A DNA stretch of 48,922 nt, from positions 1 to 48,922 of IMG/VR virus record IMGVR_UViG_3300042822_000036. One strand, given 5' to 3'. Origin of the DNA: a virus (taxonomy: Duplodnaviria; Caudoviricetes). The position numbers and the translations under genes were made by a program. The notes beneath the pieces were generated by a model. That model saw only the letters and a program-made list of their open reading frames with translations, was not told the DNA's origin and did not search any database. Of this stretch, positions 17,350 to 26,541 are shown one piece after another (the stretch's first letter is position 1; each line of letters starts with the position of its first letter).

Positions 17350-17793
17350 TCATCCTGTTTCTGTCACGTGCGCATCGCCGGTCGCGTTGCTCCAAATCCC
17401 CGTGACGATCCCGCCGTAGTACCGCGGCGGCATCTCCCAATAGCCGCCGGGTTCGACGGGAAATGACCAGCTGCTGAGCGAGGCGCCCGATGCCAGCTTT
17501 ACCCACAGCGTCGATGTCGACGTGCTGTTGTTCATGATGAGAAGCCCGACCCGGGTCGCTTTGGCTGCAGCAAGGGTGACCACACTCGCGCTCGCTGGGA
17601 TGGTGGTGACTGTCGCTGTGCTCGGTGTAGTAGCGAGCGTCGCGAGAAAGCCCCTGCTCGCACCGATGTCACTCTCCACCGTGCCGGGCAGACTCTCGAC
17701 GTCGTGCGCGGGGATGACCGCATCGCCCGGCATGCGCGACTTCATCTTGAGCGGCGCTGCAGCGATGGGGTCGTCGTAGTAGAGATCGGTCAT
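17350..17793 (-). CDS. hypothetical virion protein (beta-sandwich-like)
   Basis: RVGLLIMNNS...YGGIVTGIW pattern; coupled to the fibre gene. Confidence 0.6.
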   Translation of the reverse strand: MTDLYYDDPIAAAPLKMKSRMPGDAVIPAHDVESLPGTVESDIGASRGFLATLATTPSTATVTTIPASASVVTLAAAKATRVGLLIMNNSTSTSTLWVKLASGASLSSWSFPVEPGGYWEMPPRYYGGIVTGIWSNATGDAHVTETG

Positions 17794-18950
17794 AGCACGC
17801 CCCCGAGATAGATCCTGCTACCGGCCAGCGCCCACAGCTGACCGTCGATGAACTTCATCCACGTGAGTCGCGCGTCAGCCACGTAGTCGATCTTGACGTC
17901 GGCCGGTTGATCGACAGCGGTCGTGCTGTAGCGAGCCTCGGCTGAAGTGTAATACTGACCGGTACCCGCGCGGTAAGTCACCCAGCCGTGCGGCGAGGCA
18001 AGCAAGCCTTGGACGGGGAGCGTGTTGTGGATCTTGGTCCACGTAATCCCATCGACTGACCGGAACACGTCTTGATCTGCGCCGTAGCTATACAGAAATC
18101 CCAGCGCCGAGTGAAATACCAAGCAGCCGATGTCACTTGCGCCGCCGAGGGTGCGTCGCGCCGTCCACGCGCTGCCGCTCGGCGAGGACGCGATATCACC
18201 ATCAGTCGTGCCAAACACGAACAGCCCGCCGCCGAACTCGATGGCTTTGATGTCCCCTGTGAACGGGCTCGTTGCCGAGGTCCATGATGTCCCATTGGTC
18301 GAATACTTTATGAGCCCGCTCTGACCGACCGCGACGCACAAGCCAAGTCCGTTGGTGGCTATCTTGTAGAAGTTACCACCGCCGCTTGCGCGCCTAGTCC
18401 ACACTGTTGGAATGCTGGGCGGCGAAGTCTGAATCTCACCTGTGTCACCGACTGCAATGAACAACCCAAGTGTCGCGTCGTACGTGACGTCGCGAAATGT
18501 GCCCGTGAACGGCGAGGCGGCCACCTGCGACGAGAAACCGCTGGCGCTGCCACCGTTGTTCAGTATGGCCGCAGATGTTCCGACAACGACTAGCTCGCCG
18601 TACACCGGCTCGCGCGCCAGCGCCATCAACGTTTTCGGCCCGATCTGTGTGTCGTAGATCATGCGCACCGTACTGAGCGCTGTTTTGAGCTGCGCGCGTC
18701 CGAGCATCGTCTGGACCGCTTGCAGTGCCTGCGTCAGATCCGACGCACTGCGTGTCAGGCCCGCACCGGCGATTAGATTCGCGAGTTCGTTCTGCGTGTC
18801 AGCAAGCGCCGAGAATGCGTGGTTGAAGTAGCCGGCCGGCGGTTCCTCGCCATTCGCCCAGCCCGCGATGCGCTTCGCAGGCGGGGGCGAAATCGTGCCG
18901 GGATAGCCGGCCGGCGGAGTCGTCGCCCATTGGTCGAGTTTCAGATCCAT
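17790..18950 (-). CDS. tail fibre/receptor-binding protein with beta-propeller-like repeats
   Basis: N-terminal GWANGEEPPAGYFN baseplate-attachment-like motif; repeated FIAVG/CVAVG and S-x-[ND]G-x-[ST]W units. Confidence 0.75.
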   Translation of the reverse strand: MDLKLDQWATTPPAGYPGTISPPPAKRIAGWANGEEPPAGYFNHAFSALADTQNELANLIAGAGLTRSASDLTQALQAVQTMLGRAQLKTALSTVRMIYDTQIGPKTLMALAREPVYGELVVVGTSAAILNNGGSASGFSSQVAASPFTGTFRDVTYDATLGLFIAVGDTGEIQTSPPSIPTVWTRRASGGGNFYKIATNGLGLCVAVGQSGLIKYSTNGTSWTSATSPFTGDIKAIEFGGGLFVFGTTDGDIASSPSGSAWTARRTLGGASDIGCLVFHSALGFLYSYGADQDVFRSVDGITWTKIHNTLPVQGLLASPHGWVTYRAGTGQYYTSAEARYSTTAVDQPADVKIDYVADARLTWMKFIDGQLWALAGSRIYLGGVL

Positions 18951-19579
18951 CAGAGCACCACCAGCAGCGCGCCACCGCGCTTGTGGACGCCAATGTAGAG
19001 AGTGTAAATGTTGCGACCCTCGCTCACCGCCGAGAGCCGGCTCAGCGTAAAGCCCTTGTCACTGCCCATCATCGACGCGCCCGTCTGCGAAAATCGGAAC
19101 CCGTGCACGGTGTCCGACCACCGGAAGTGCATTCCGATGCCCGCTGCTTTGGCGAGCCTCAGCAGCTTCGCAATCTCCGATCCAACATCGCCGGGTATCG
19201 GTTGGCGCGCGTGGAGCGTGACCCAACCCGGGTACTGCTCCTCGAGCCACACCGGTTCGCCGCAAAGCTTCCGGGCGATGGCGAGTAGCTGCGAGGCCCT
19301 GCCGCTACTGGCGTTCACGAGGATGCGACCGCTGATCCAGATTCGATAGAGTTCGTCGGTGAGACTCAACCGCGGCTGGCCTACGATCTTACCCAGGATG
19401 TCCAGCACTACGCCCTCGGCAGTGGCTGGCGAGCGCTTAGTCAGCAGATCCCAGCTTGCCCGCTCGACCTCTTGGACTTCCGCGAGCCAACTCGCGAGCA
19501 GCGCCGAAATCCTCGGCTTGCGCATGCGCTCGGTGAGTCGCGCGATACCGTCGGTCTCATGCGTGGTGACAAGCTCCAT
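18950..19579 (-). CDS. baseplate wedge protein (DUF2612-like)
   Basis: AEGVVLDILGKIVGQPR...LTDELYR motif; follows baseplate J. Confidence 0.75.
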   Translation of the reverse strand: MELVTTHETDGIARLTERMRKPRISALLASWLAEVQEVERASWDLLTKRSPATAEGVVLDILGKIVGQPRLSLTDELYRIWISGRILVNASSGRASQLLAIARKLCGEPVWLEEQYPGWVTLHARQPIPGDVGSEIAKLLRLAKAAGIGMHFRWSDTVHGFRFSQTGASMMGSDKGFTLSRLSAVSEGRNIYTLYIGVHKRGGALLVVL

Positions 19580-19581
19580 AC

Positions 19582-20772
19582 TCAGAGCTCCACCACGGCA
19601 ATGTTCGCGTCGGCTGCGACAGTGGCCAGTTGCCGCTGCGAGATCACGATCGAGAGAGCGCCAGCATCTGGGTCCGTGATTACCGAAGTGGCAAGCCCAA
19701 CGCGAGCGTTGAGCACCCCCGGCACCTCGAGTGCGATGCAGACGATGCGACCGGCGTACACGCTCGTTCCCACGTCGAGGTAAGCAGGGTTGAGCTTGTC
19801 GATGAACGCCGCGCGAATCGCCGCCCGGACCCGCTGCGCATTCACGTACCCAAGGCCCGTCTCGACTTCGATGGCCATGAACACCGGAACCTCGGCGGGC
19901 CGGCTAAAATACACGTCGTGGGCGTCGCCGCGGTCGTCGATCACCGAGACAACAGGCTCGGTGCCGTGCGTGCGGATACCGCCGATCTTGTTGCTGTAGA
20001 TGCTCTCGGCAATAGCTTGCGCGTCGCCGCCCCGGACGATCGCCTCGATAGAATGCGGCGGAAGCCCATCCACCGCGACGTCGGTTTCGTTCTCGAGCAC
20101 TTCGACCGCGAGCACATCGGGCACTCGCGCAAGGTCGGCGCGGATGCCGCTCACCGTGCCGCCACCGGGCGCTGTGAGCTCGATGAGGCGCCGGATGCGA
20201 TAGGCGGCGTCGCTCTCGATGCCCGAGCCGAGCGCCGCATCAGCGTCGTTTGTGATCGAGTTCCAGCCGGCGATGAACGTCTCGATGACGGTCAGCGTGC
20301 CGGCGTTGGCGACCACCTCACCAGCCACCTCGGCTTCGAACACAACTTCGAAGTTACCGGGGGCGCCGCCGGCGTTGACCATCGGATCGACATTCGTGAA
20401 GCGCGCGGCTGGGTTGCCCTCCACACTCGCCACTGCGTCGCCGGGTGCGACGTTGACGCCTGCGGAGAGGTTGACGACTGCGGTGACGCGGCTCTTCTTC
20501 GGTCCGAGCCGGAAGGTGTTCGTCAGCGCGTAGAGCGCGTCCTGCTGCGCGCCACTGGCCTTGTCGGGATCGAGCGCGTCGTAGAGCGCTTGCTCGGTCT
20601 CCCAAAGCTGCGCGATCTCGCTCGCGACGATGCCGTTGAGCTGCCCGACGATGCTAAACGGGCTCGTGTCGAGGTTGGCGCCAAGCGACCCCCGCTGGCG
20701 CGCCACGATGTCGGCTTCGATCTGCGCGAGGTTCTTCGGAACGAAGCCCTCGGGCGTGAGGCCAAACGTCAT
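19582..20772 (-). CDS. baseplate J-like protein
   Basis: GLTPEGF start, DPDKASG, ESDAAYRIR, ENET...GLPPHSIEAIVRGG motifs. Confidence 0.9.
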   Translation of the reverse strand: MTFGLTPEGFVPKNLAQIEADIVARQRGSLGANLDTSPFSIVGQLNGIVASEIAQLWETEQALYDALDPDKASGAQQDALYALTNTFRLGPKKSRVTAVVNLSAGVNVAPGDAVASVEGNPAARFTNVDPMVNAGGAPGNFEVVFEAEVAGEVVANAGTLTVIETFIAGWNSITNDADAALGSGIESDAAYRIRRLIELTAPGGGTVSGIRADLARVPDVLAVEVLENETDVAVDGLPPHSIEAIVRGGDAQAIAESIYSNKIGGIRTHGTEPVVSVIDDRGDAHDVYFSRPAEVPVFMAIEVETGLGYVNAQRVRAAIRAAFIDKLNPAYLDVGTSVYAGRIVCIALEVPGVLNARVGLATSVITDPDAGALSIVISQRQLATVAADANIAVVEL

Positions 20773-21146
20773 GGCGCTCCTCCGATCGACTCAGTGAGCC
20801 CGAGCGAGACGCCTTCGCCAGTGCCGAGGATCGCCTCAGCGGCCACAGTCAGCGTTCGGGTTGCGCGGTTGAGTCCAAGGCGCAGATCGCGCACGTCCGC
20901 AACGCCTGGCGTCTCACGCGTGGCGGTAGCGAAGATGGCGCGCAGCACCGGCGAACGAACGCCCTTCTCGAGGACGTCGTTCTGGTAGTCAATGCCCAAC
21001 GACCGATCGAGGAACCACTCGCCGCGGAACATGGTCACGTGCGAGGCCCAGAGTTGCGCGACTGCCTCGGCACCCTGAGCGAGACGAGCCCGGCCGCTCT
21101 CTAGCGCCAGGTCACCGGTCGCGGGGTCGAGCGCCAGGTCCGACAC
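20769..21146 (-). CDS. baseplate wedge subunit (gp25/DUF2634-like)
   Basis: DLALDPATGDL, RGEWFLDRSLGIDY, TPGVADV motifs. Confidence 0.8.
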   Translation of the reverse strand: MSDLALDPATGDLALESGRARLAQGAEAVAQLWASHVTMFRGEWFLDRSLGIDYQNDVLEKGVRSPVLRAIFATATRETPGVADVRDLRLGLNRATRTLTVAAEAILGTGEGVSLGLTESIGGAP

Positions 21147-21149
21147 GGG

Positions 21150-21181
21150 CGCTGGTATGCGCGGACGGCCCAGCGGTCAAG
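21150..21181 (-). promoter_or_regulatory. putative late promoter, copy 1
   Basis: C-TTGACC-N10-CCGCGCATACCAGCG-CCC-GTG(start of 20769..21146). Confidence 0.65.
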
Positions 21182-21207
21182 CTCCCCGCGGCGTAGCGGA
21201 CTGGCCT

Positions 21208-21918
21208 TTAGGTGGCCTTCACGTTCGTGGCACCCATGTCGCCGGGCCAGTTGGCCAATGCCCCCACGATGGCAGCTTTCAGAGCCGCGCCGCCATCCTG
21301 CGGGGTTGGCGCGGCATTGCTGATGGCATTCTTCAGCGTCGTCAGCTGCGCCTTGACCTTGGCCGCAAGCGCCACGGCGTCGAGATCAGTCGCCGCGCCG
21401 AGCTGCACCTGGCCAGCCGCCGTGATGTGGATCTGAGCCTTGCCGTTCACGTGCCCGATCACGAGGTCGGTGGCATGGACCCCCGCGAGCAATGCCGATC
21501 GCGGCGCCGGGCCGCACGGCAGAGCCACCGCGCCCTCCAGAACATGGGTACCCACGTCCCCCGGCGTAATCGCCCGCTGGCTGCCCTTGCGCGCGGTCTG
21601 TAGCCATTGGTCCAGCGACCGCTCGGCGAACACCAGAAGCACGAAGTCCCCCACCGCGATCGGCACCGAGATAAAGAACCCACCACCCTGCATGTAGCCT
21701 ACTGGCACCATGGGGATCACTGGCAGCGTCTCATCGACCACCTGGCCATCCTCGTTGGGGGCGCGGCGCTGAAGGCTCGGCTGTACGTCCACGAATTGCC
21801 GTTGGTGCGCGCCGGCATGTACCCGCACCACCTCAGCCGGCATGCAGGTGTGCACTTCTGCCAGAGCTGCATCCAGCGCGCTCCGGATGATGTCGAGTTC
21901 GGAGGGTGTGACAGTCAT
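21208..21918 (-). CDS. baseplate spike/assembly protein (Gp138/gpV-like)
   Basis: VHTCMPAEV, VDVQP, PIAVGDFVLLVFAERSLDQW motifs. Confidence 0.8.
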   Translation of the reverse strand: MTVTPSELDIIRSALDAALAEVHTCMPAEVVRVHAGAHQRQFVDVQPSLQRRAPNEDGQVVDETLPVIPMVPVGYMQGGGFFISVPIAVGDFVLLVFAERSLDQWLQTARKGSQRAITPGDVGTHVLEGAVALPCGPAPRSALLAGVHATDLVIGHVNGKAQIHITAAGQVQLGAATDLDAVALAAKVKAQLTTLKNAISNAAPTPQDGGAALKAAIVGALANWPGDMGATNVKAT

Positions 21919-22745
21919 GACTTGCGCTCCTCGCTGCGAAGCTCGAGCTCCACGTACCAGTCGCGCTCGGCTGTGCCGCCCAGGTGCCGGGTGGTCTCAA
22001 CGCGGTAGATGCCGGTCACGTGTTCGCTCGTGAGCTTGACGCGCCGGCCGGGATAGAGGTCTGGAATCATGAGGCAGCGTGCCTCAGTGATGCCCTTGTT
22101 GCCCGGCTCGGGCGAGCCTATGAGGCCCGTCTCGGGCGTGAGCTCGATGCCGAGTTCTTGCAAGGGCCGGCCCTGGTCGAGGAACTGCAGCTCGTCGTCC
22201 TGGATGGACCACTCAAGCCCACAGCTGCGCGCCAGCCGGTCAAGCTCCCGCTCGATGGCGCCAGCCAGCGCATAGCCGTTGAAGAACGCACTGGCCTGCG
22301 TACCCTGGACCTTCGCCGCGACGGTCTTGGCAGACGTGTTGCCGAGCCGAACGCCCATGGCCTTGGCCGCGGCAAGGAGCACGTCCTGCACGCTGGCGCC
22401 GGGCGCGAAGCTCTTGAGGATGCGCCGCTTGCGGGCGCGCCGGCCGCTGTCGCTCGTGATGGTGGTTAGCCAGTCGGTGCCCTCGCGCGTGCTCAGCACG
22501 TCGCGCAAGTCGCCACGAAAGAGCAGCGAGGTTCCCTGCTCATAGCCGGCTTCCAAGCTGACGAACACCTTCTCGAGCTCTTGGAGGTGCTTTCTGTGCT
22601 CGGCGTTCAGGTTCCAGATTCGGGTCTCGGCGCTGTTGGGTGTCTTGGCCGACAACGACTTCACGATCTCGAACGCGACGTCCAGGCCCTCGATCAGCAG
22701 CTCGTCGACCTGGATGCGGACCTTGCGGCCGAAGAGCTCGGTCAT
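21915..22745 (-). CDS. baseplate hub protein
   Basis: PNSAETRIWNL, LEAGY, WSIQDDEL, TGLIGSPE motifs. Confidence 0.8.
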   Translation of the reverse strand: MTELFGRKVRIQVDELLIEGLDVAFEIVKSLSAKTPNSAETRIWNLNAEHRKHLQELEKVFVSLEAGYEQGTSLLFRGDLRDVLSTREGTDWLTTITSDSGRRARKRRILKSFAPGASVQDVLLAAAKAMGVRLGNTSAKTVAAKVQGTQASAFFNGYALAGAIERELDRLARSCGLEWSIQDDELQFLDQGRPLQELGIELTPETGLIGSPEPGNKGITEARCLMIPDLYPGRRVKLTSEHVTGIYRVETTRHLGGTAERDWYVELELRSEERKS

Positions 22746-23071
22746 CCATCAACTCCACTCGCTTCGACGTAGTAGAGCCCGAAGCGACCCCCAAACTCCT
22801 CGAGCGTCGCGGGCGCGTCCTGGTCCTTGGCGTCGAGCAGAAGGAGCTCCCCCGGCGGGCGCGACGGGTGGAGGTTGCGGCGCAAGAGCGGAAACCGCGT
22901 CACGAGCTTGAGCCCCATGGCGATTGGGGTGCCATCGAGCGTGCTGAGATCCAGGTGCCAGGACTCATCCCGCTGGTTCCAGCGGAAGTGCAAGCTGTAG
23001 GTCACGCCGTCCAGATCGCACTGCTGCGTGGTGTCCGGATATGGTTCGACCGGGATGAGGCGGATGGCCAT
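22742..23071 (-). CDS. baseplate plug-like protein
   Basis: LDGVTYSLHFRWNQRDESWHLDL motif; position between Dit-like and hub genes. Confidence 0.7.
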   Translation of the reverse strand: MAIRLIPVEPYPDTTQQCDLDGVTYSLHFRWNQRDESWHLDLSTLDGTPIAMGLKLVTRFPLLRRNLHPSRPPGELLLLDAKDQDAPATLEEFGGRFGLYYVEASGVDG

Positions 23072-23073
23072 GT

Positions 23074-23829
23074 TTACGAACCTACGAGGGACTTCAGCTT
23101 CTCGACTCCAGCGGCGACCATCTCGGGTAGCTTGCTCAATGCGCTCTCGTTCGCCTCGCTCAAGGTCGCGGGCTCGACCTTTGTAGTGGGCTGCTTACCA
23201 CGGCTCTTGCCGGGCTTGGCGCGCTCGTCCACCGGATCGGGGAGCTTGGCAGTTTGGCTCCGGACGATACGTAGCACTCGGCCGCTGGCTGAGAACTCGA
23301 GCTTGTCCCGGCCGACTGCTCCTGACCGCTCGATGCTGAGGCTGGTGAGCGCGACGTTGTCATAGGTCATGAGCCCGGTCACGATGGTTACGAGCTGCCG
23401 GCGCTCCACGATCGACACCAGCGCCGCGTGTACTGCACTCACTCGGTCGAAGGGCTCGGTGAAGTGCAGCGCCATCGCCGCGAACACAACTTTGCTGCGC
23501 ACCTCGAGCCTGAGCGCGCCGAGGAGCGCCACGCCCTGGTCGACCCCGGGAATCGTGCTGAGCGCGCCCATCGACGGCTCACCCTCGATTTCGATCGACG
23601 AGCGGCTCTCTCGTGCAGTGCCGATGTGAGACGACGGCACCTCGATGGGGTAGTTTGTGACAATGCCTTCAATCGTGATCGCGGCAGGCAACGGGCGAAT
23701 GTGATCGGCGACGTTCGCGCCGGCTTCGACGGGGTGCTCGGTGATCTCGGCCTGGAGCTCGTGGCCCTCGCGCACGCTCACGTCGATCCAGACGTCGCCG
23801 ATGGTGACGTGCCGCGGCGGCAGAGCCAT
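23074..23829 (-). CDS. Dit-like/tail tube initiator baseplate protein
   Basis: ITEHPVEAGANVADH and VTGLMTYDNV motifs; follows the tape measure gene. Confidence 0.75.
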   Translation of the reverse strand: MALPPRHVTIGDVWIDVSVREGHELQAEITEHPVEAGANVADHIRPLPAAITIEGIVTNYPIEVPSSHIGTARESRSSIEIEGEPSMGALSTIPGVDQGVALLGALRLEVRSKVVFAAMALHFTEPFDRVSAVHAALVSIVERRQLVTIVTGLMTYDNVALTSLSIERSGAVGRDKLEFSASGRVLRIVRSQTAKLPDPVDERAKPGKSRGKQPTTKVEPATLSEANESALSKLPEMVAAGVEKLKSLVGS

Positions 23830-25463
23830 CAGCTACCTCCAGCCTGTGCTACCGCTGCCACAGTCTTGCGACGCTCGGCCTCAAGGGTTTTTTGCATGGC
23901 CCGGCGCATCTCCTCGGGGTTGCCGCCCACCATGTTCAGCACGACATTCATGGGGCCAGTGTTGACGGTGAGAGGGCCCTTTGCTCCTGCGCCAGCAGCA
24001 GGGCCAATCGGCGCGCTGACCGTCGGCGTCGCGCCCACCGCTGATGGAGCCGCCCGCCCGAACTGAATCTCTTCGACCGGCGCGTTCACGCCGCGGGTGA
24101 GCGCACGACCGGGTTTCGTCGCGATGCGCTCGGCGTTGATGTCAGCAGCCTTCTCGGCAAGCCCCTGCTGCCGCGCCTGCTCAGGGGTCATGAGCGCCGC
24201 GCCGGTGCCACGACCGGCCGCGCGTTCGCTCGAAAAGAGCACCCGCTGCTTACCCGTGGCAGCGCCGCCGATCACTGGGAGGTTGTAGAAGAAGTCCGCA
24301 ATCGCGGTACCCAAACGCGCGTAGAGGTTGTAAAGGCGCTCGCCGGCAAGCTCGAGTTCGCCAAACCAGCCGATCTGCGCTTGGAGATCTTCGGAGTCCG
24401 CATCTTTCCACAGGTTACGCCACGCTTCAGCGAGCAGCTCGACGCCGGCCTTGTGATTGCGGACGAACTCGTCAGTCGCTCCGATGCCAAAGACGGTGTC
24501 GATGTAGTCGCCGATGACGGTTTTGCCGCCCTTGAACAGCGTGAGCACTTCGTCGATCAGCAAGATGAGCGCGGCCGCGGCGAGGGCCGGGATGACGAAT
24601 GGCGCGATCAGGCTCGCGCCAATCACGACAGCGGCAGCACCCAGCACCCACATCGCAGCCTCGAGCAGGTGCGTGCCCTTGGCCCAGTCGCGAAACGCGC
24701 GTATGCCATCACGCACGAATATCACCCCACGCTCGATCGTCGGCATGACTGATTGGCCCATCTCAGTGCCGAGGTCGCGCATCGCCCCGCCGAGTGCCTT
24801 GCTTGCGTTCGCATAGCTGCCCGACGTGCGCGCTGCATCGCCTTGTGCAGTGGCAGTGTTGGCGAGAATGAACTGATAGCGGAGGTCAGTTTTCTCTGCG
24901 ACGTTCATTGCCGAGATTTTCTTGTTGATCCCCTGCGCGTGCGCGAACTCCTGAAGCGTCGCGTCTTGCAGCACAACGCCAAAGCGCTTGAGCGGCTCAC
25001 TCTCACCTGAAATGCCGGCGCGGAGCGCGATGAGTGCCTCCTCGTCGGTGGCGTTGAAGAAGCTGCCGAGATCCACAGCGAGCTTGCTGAGCGTGGTGCT
25101 CATCTCCTGCGCGGCGCCCTTGTTCTGGACCATAGGCCCAAGCATCGCCCCGAGGCGCCCGGCGAACTCCTGGAGTTGGTATTGAGAGCGCCCAACTTCG
25201 GTTGCCACTGTTGCCGACCACTCCTTGACCTGCGCTGCGCCGGCGGGACCAAACACCTCTCCGAGCACGTTGGCGGTTTCGTTGGCGTCGCTCGCGAGGT
25301 CGACGATCTTCTTGATGCCGACGCCAATGCCCGCAAGCGAAGCCACCTGACCCAGCTTCTGCAGGCCACTCTTGAGCTTGTCGACGGAGGACTCCGCCTT
25401 CTTGAAGCCTTGGGCGTCAACCTGGAACCCAAGGCGCGCGACTAGCTCGCGAAGCACGCTCAT
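23829..25463 (-). CDS. tail tape measure protein
   Basis: LRELVARLGF start, Ala/Gly-rich helices, GESEPLKRFGV, AQGDAARTS, central TM segments. Confidence 0.88.
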   Translation of the reverse strand: MSVLRELVARLGFQVDAQGFKKAESSVDKLKSGLQKLGQVASLAGIGVGIKKIVDLASDANETANVLGEVFGPAGAAQVKEWSATVATEVGRSQYQLQEFAGRLGAMLGPMVQNKGAAQEMSTTLSKLAVDLGSFFNATDEEALIALRAGISGESEPLKRFGVVLQDATLQEFAHAQGINKKISAMNVAEKTDLRYQFILANTATAQGDAARTSGSYANASKALGGAMRDLGTEMGQSVMPTIERGVIFVRDGIRAFRDWAKGTHLLEAAMWVLGAAAVVIGASLIAPFVIPALAAAALILLIDEVLTLFKGGKTVIGDYIDTVFGIGATDEFVRNHKAGVELLAEAWRNLWKDADSEDLQAQIGWFGELELAGERLYNLYARLGTAIADFFYNLPVIGGAATGKQRVLFSSERAAGRGTGAALMTPEQARQQGLAEKAADINAERIATKPGRALTRGVNAPVEEIQFGRAAPSAVGATPTVSAPIGPAAGAGAKGPLTVNTGPMNVVLNMVGGNPEEMRRAMQKTLEAERRKTVAAVAQAGGS

Positions 25464-25702
25464 GGATGCTGGCTCCGGGCTGCCAGTCGATCGAGCTCGT
25501 CATACATGTCCAGCACGTCGTGGGCCTCATACAGGTCGTCGAGCGACCATTGGCATTGGATTTCTACGAGGGACGCGCGGTAGCGTTCGCTGCTGGCGAT
25601 GCGGTGGATGTCCCAGTCGATGTGCTCGGGGACTGCGATGCTGACAGCACGTTCCGGATCCGGACGAGCAGGCCCGCGCCGCTGCTCGACCCGGCGAAAA
25701 AA
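25460..25702 (-). CDS. -1 frameshift extension of the tail assembly chaperone (gpGT-like)
   Basis: Open -1 frame from slippery T-TTT-TTC (25702-25696): FRRVEQ...IDWDIHRI...WSLDDLYEAHDVLDMYDE...HP*, stop overlapping the TMP ATG. Confidence 0.75.
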   Translation of the reverse strand, partial: FFRRVEQRRGPARPDPERAVSIAVPEHIDWDIHRIASSERYRASLVEIQCQWSLDDLYEAHDVLDMYDELDRLAARSQHP

Positions 25703-26091
25703 CTGCCAAAGTTCACCTCCAAGCAGAACGCCGCCCAGCCAAGCATCTCGTCATACCGCCCGGCGAAGTGCTGGTCGAACATGTCTGACAGTCGTGGCTC
25801 CCGGTCGCCCAGCACAAGCACGGTTTGCTTGGCGAAGTCATCGAGCACACTGCCGACTTCAGTCTCGGTGAGGCGCTCGGCGAGCTCGTAAAACCCCTGG
25901 CCGATGCCGGCAGCGACTGCCGCTTCGACCTCCTGGTGCTTGCCCTGGGCGAGGCTGCTCAGCAGCGCGCCGAGGCTGGGCCCGAGGAGCTTGACGATCC
26001 GCGTGAGAAGTCCGCGCCCCTGCTTGGCGCCGAACTGCGTAACGCGGTACGTGCACTCACCGATCCGCTTTTCTCGGTACTCGATGGCCAC
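25564..26091 (-). CDS. tail assembly chaperone (gpG-like)
   Basis: FDQHFAG...LEVNFGSFF motif; lies between tube and TMP genes. Confidence 0.8.
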   Translation of the reverse strand: MAIEYREKRIGECTYRVTQFGAKQGRGLLTRIVKLLGPSLGALLSSLAQGKHQEVEAAVAAGIGQGFYELAERLTETEVGSVLDDFAKQTVLVLGDREPRLSDMFDQHFAGRYDEMLGWAAFCLEVNFGSFFAGSSSGAGLLVRIRNVLSASQSPSTSTGTSTASPAANATARPS

Positions 26092-26094
26092 GCA

Positions 26095-26532
26095 TCACCT
26101 TCCGCCGATGAAGGTGGCCTGCGCTCGAGCGAGGCGAATCTTCCATTCGTACACCTGGACGGTCTTGCCCACCTTGATCGCCGGCAGCGCCATGATCCAA
26201 GAGCGTTCGGCGAGAATCACCAGCCGCCCTTCCTGATCGCGTGCGCTGAACACGCCAGCGCCGGCGCCGTTGGGAAGGTTGGTGTCCGCTATGAAGAGCC
26301 CGCTCAGTCGATCGTTAGCCGCTGCAGTGTGCGCATACCGAAGCGTGGCCGTCGCCCGATAGTCGTTGGTTCTGTACCGTGACACCTCGCCGTCGGCGCC
26401 GATGTAGTCACCAAACTGATCCTCGGCCCATTCGAGACTCAGCACTTCGTCGTCGGCATAGCCGCCCGCATCGAGCGGCACGGCATTGAGGCTCATTGCG
26501 AGGTCGTTGATGTTCCAGTCCTTGAATGCCAT
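26095..26532 (-). CDS. tail tube protein (DUF3277-like)
   Basis: IGADGEVSR motif, 145 aa, directly after the sheath. Confidence 0.8.
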   Translation of the reverse strand: MAFKDWNINDLAMSLNAVPLDAGGYADDEVLSLEWAEDQFGDYIGADGEVSRYRTNDYRATATLRYAHTAAANDRLSGLFIADTNLPNGAGAGVFSARDQEGRLVILAERSWIMALPAIKVGKTVQVYEWKIRLARAQATFIGGR

Positions 26533-26541
26533 GCGGACCTC

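Noticed and set aside
16251-18950. Diversity-generating retroelement or invertible tail-fibre cassette
   Set aside because: No reverse transcriptase, serine invertase or template/variable repeat pair seen.
19630-20988. 452-aa plus-strand ORF
   Set aside because: Antisense shadow of baseplate J.
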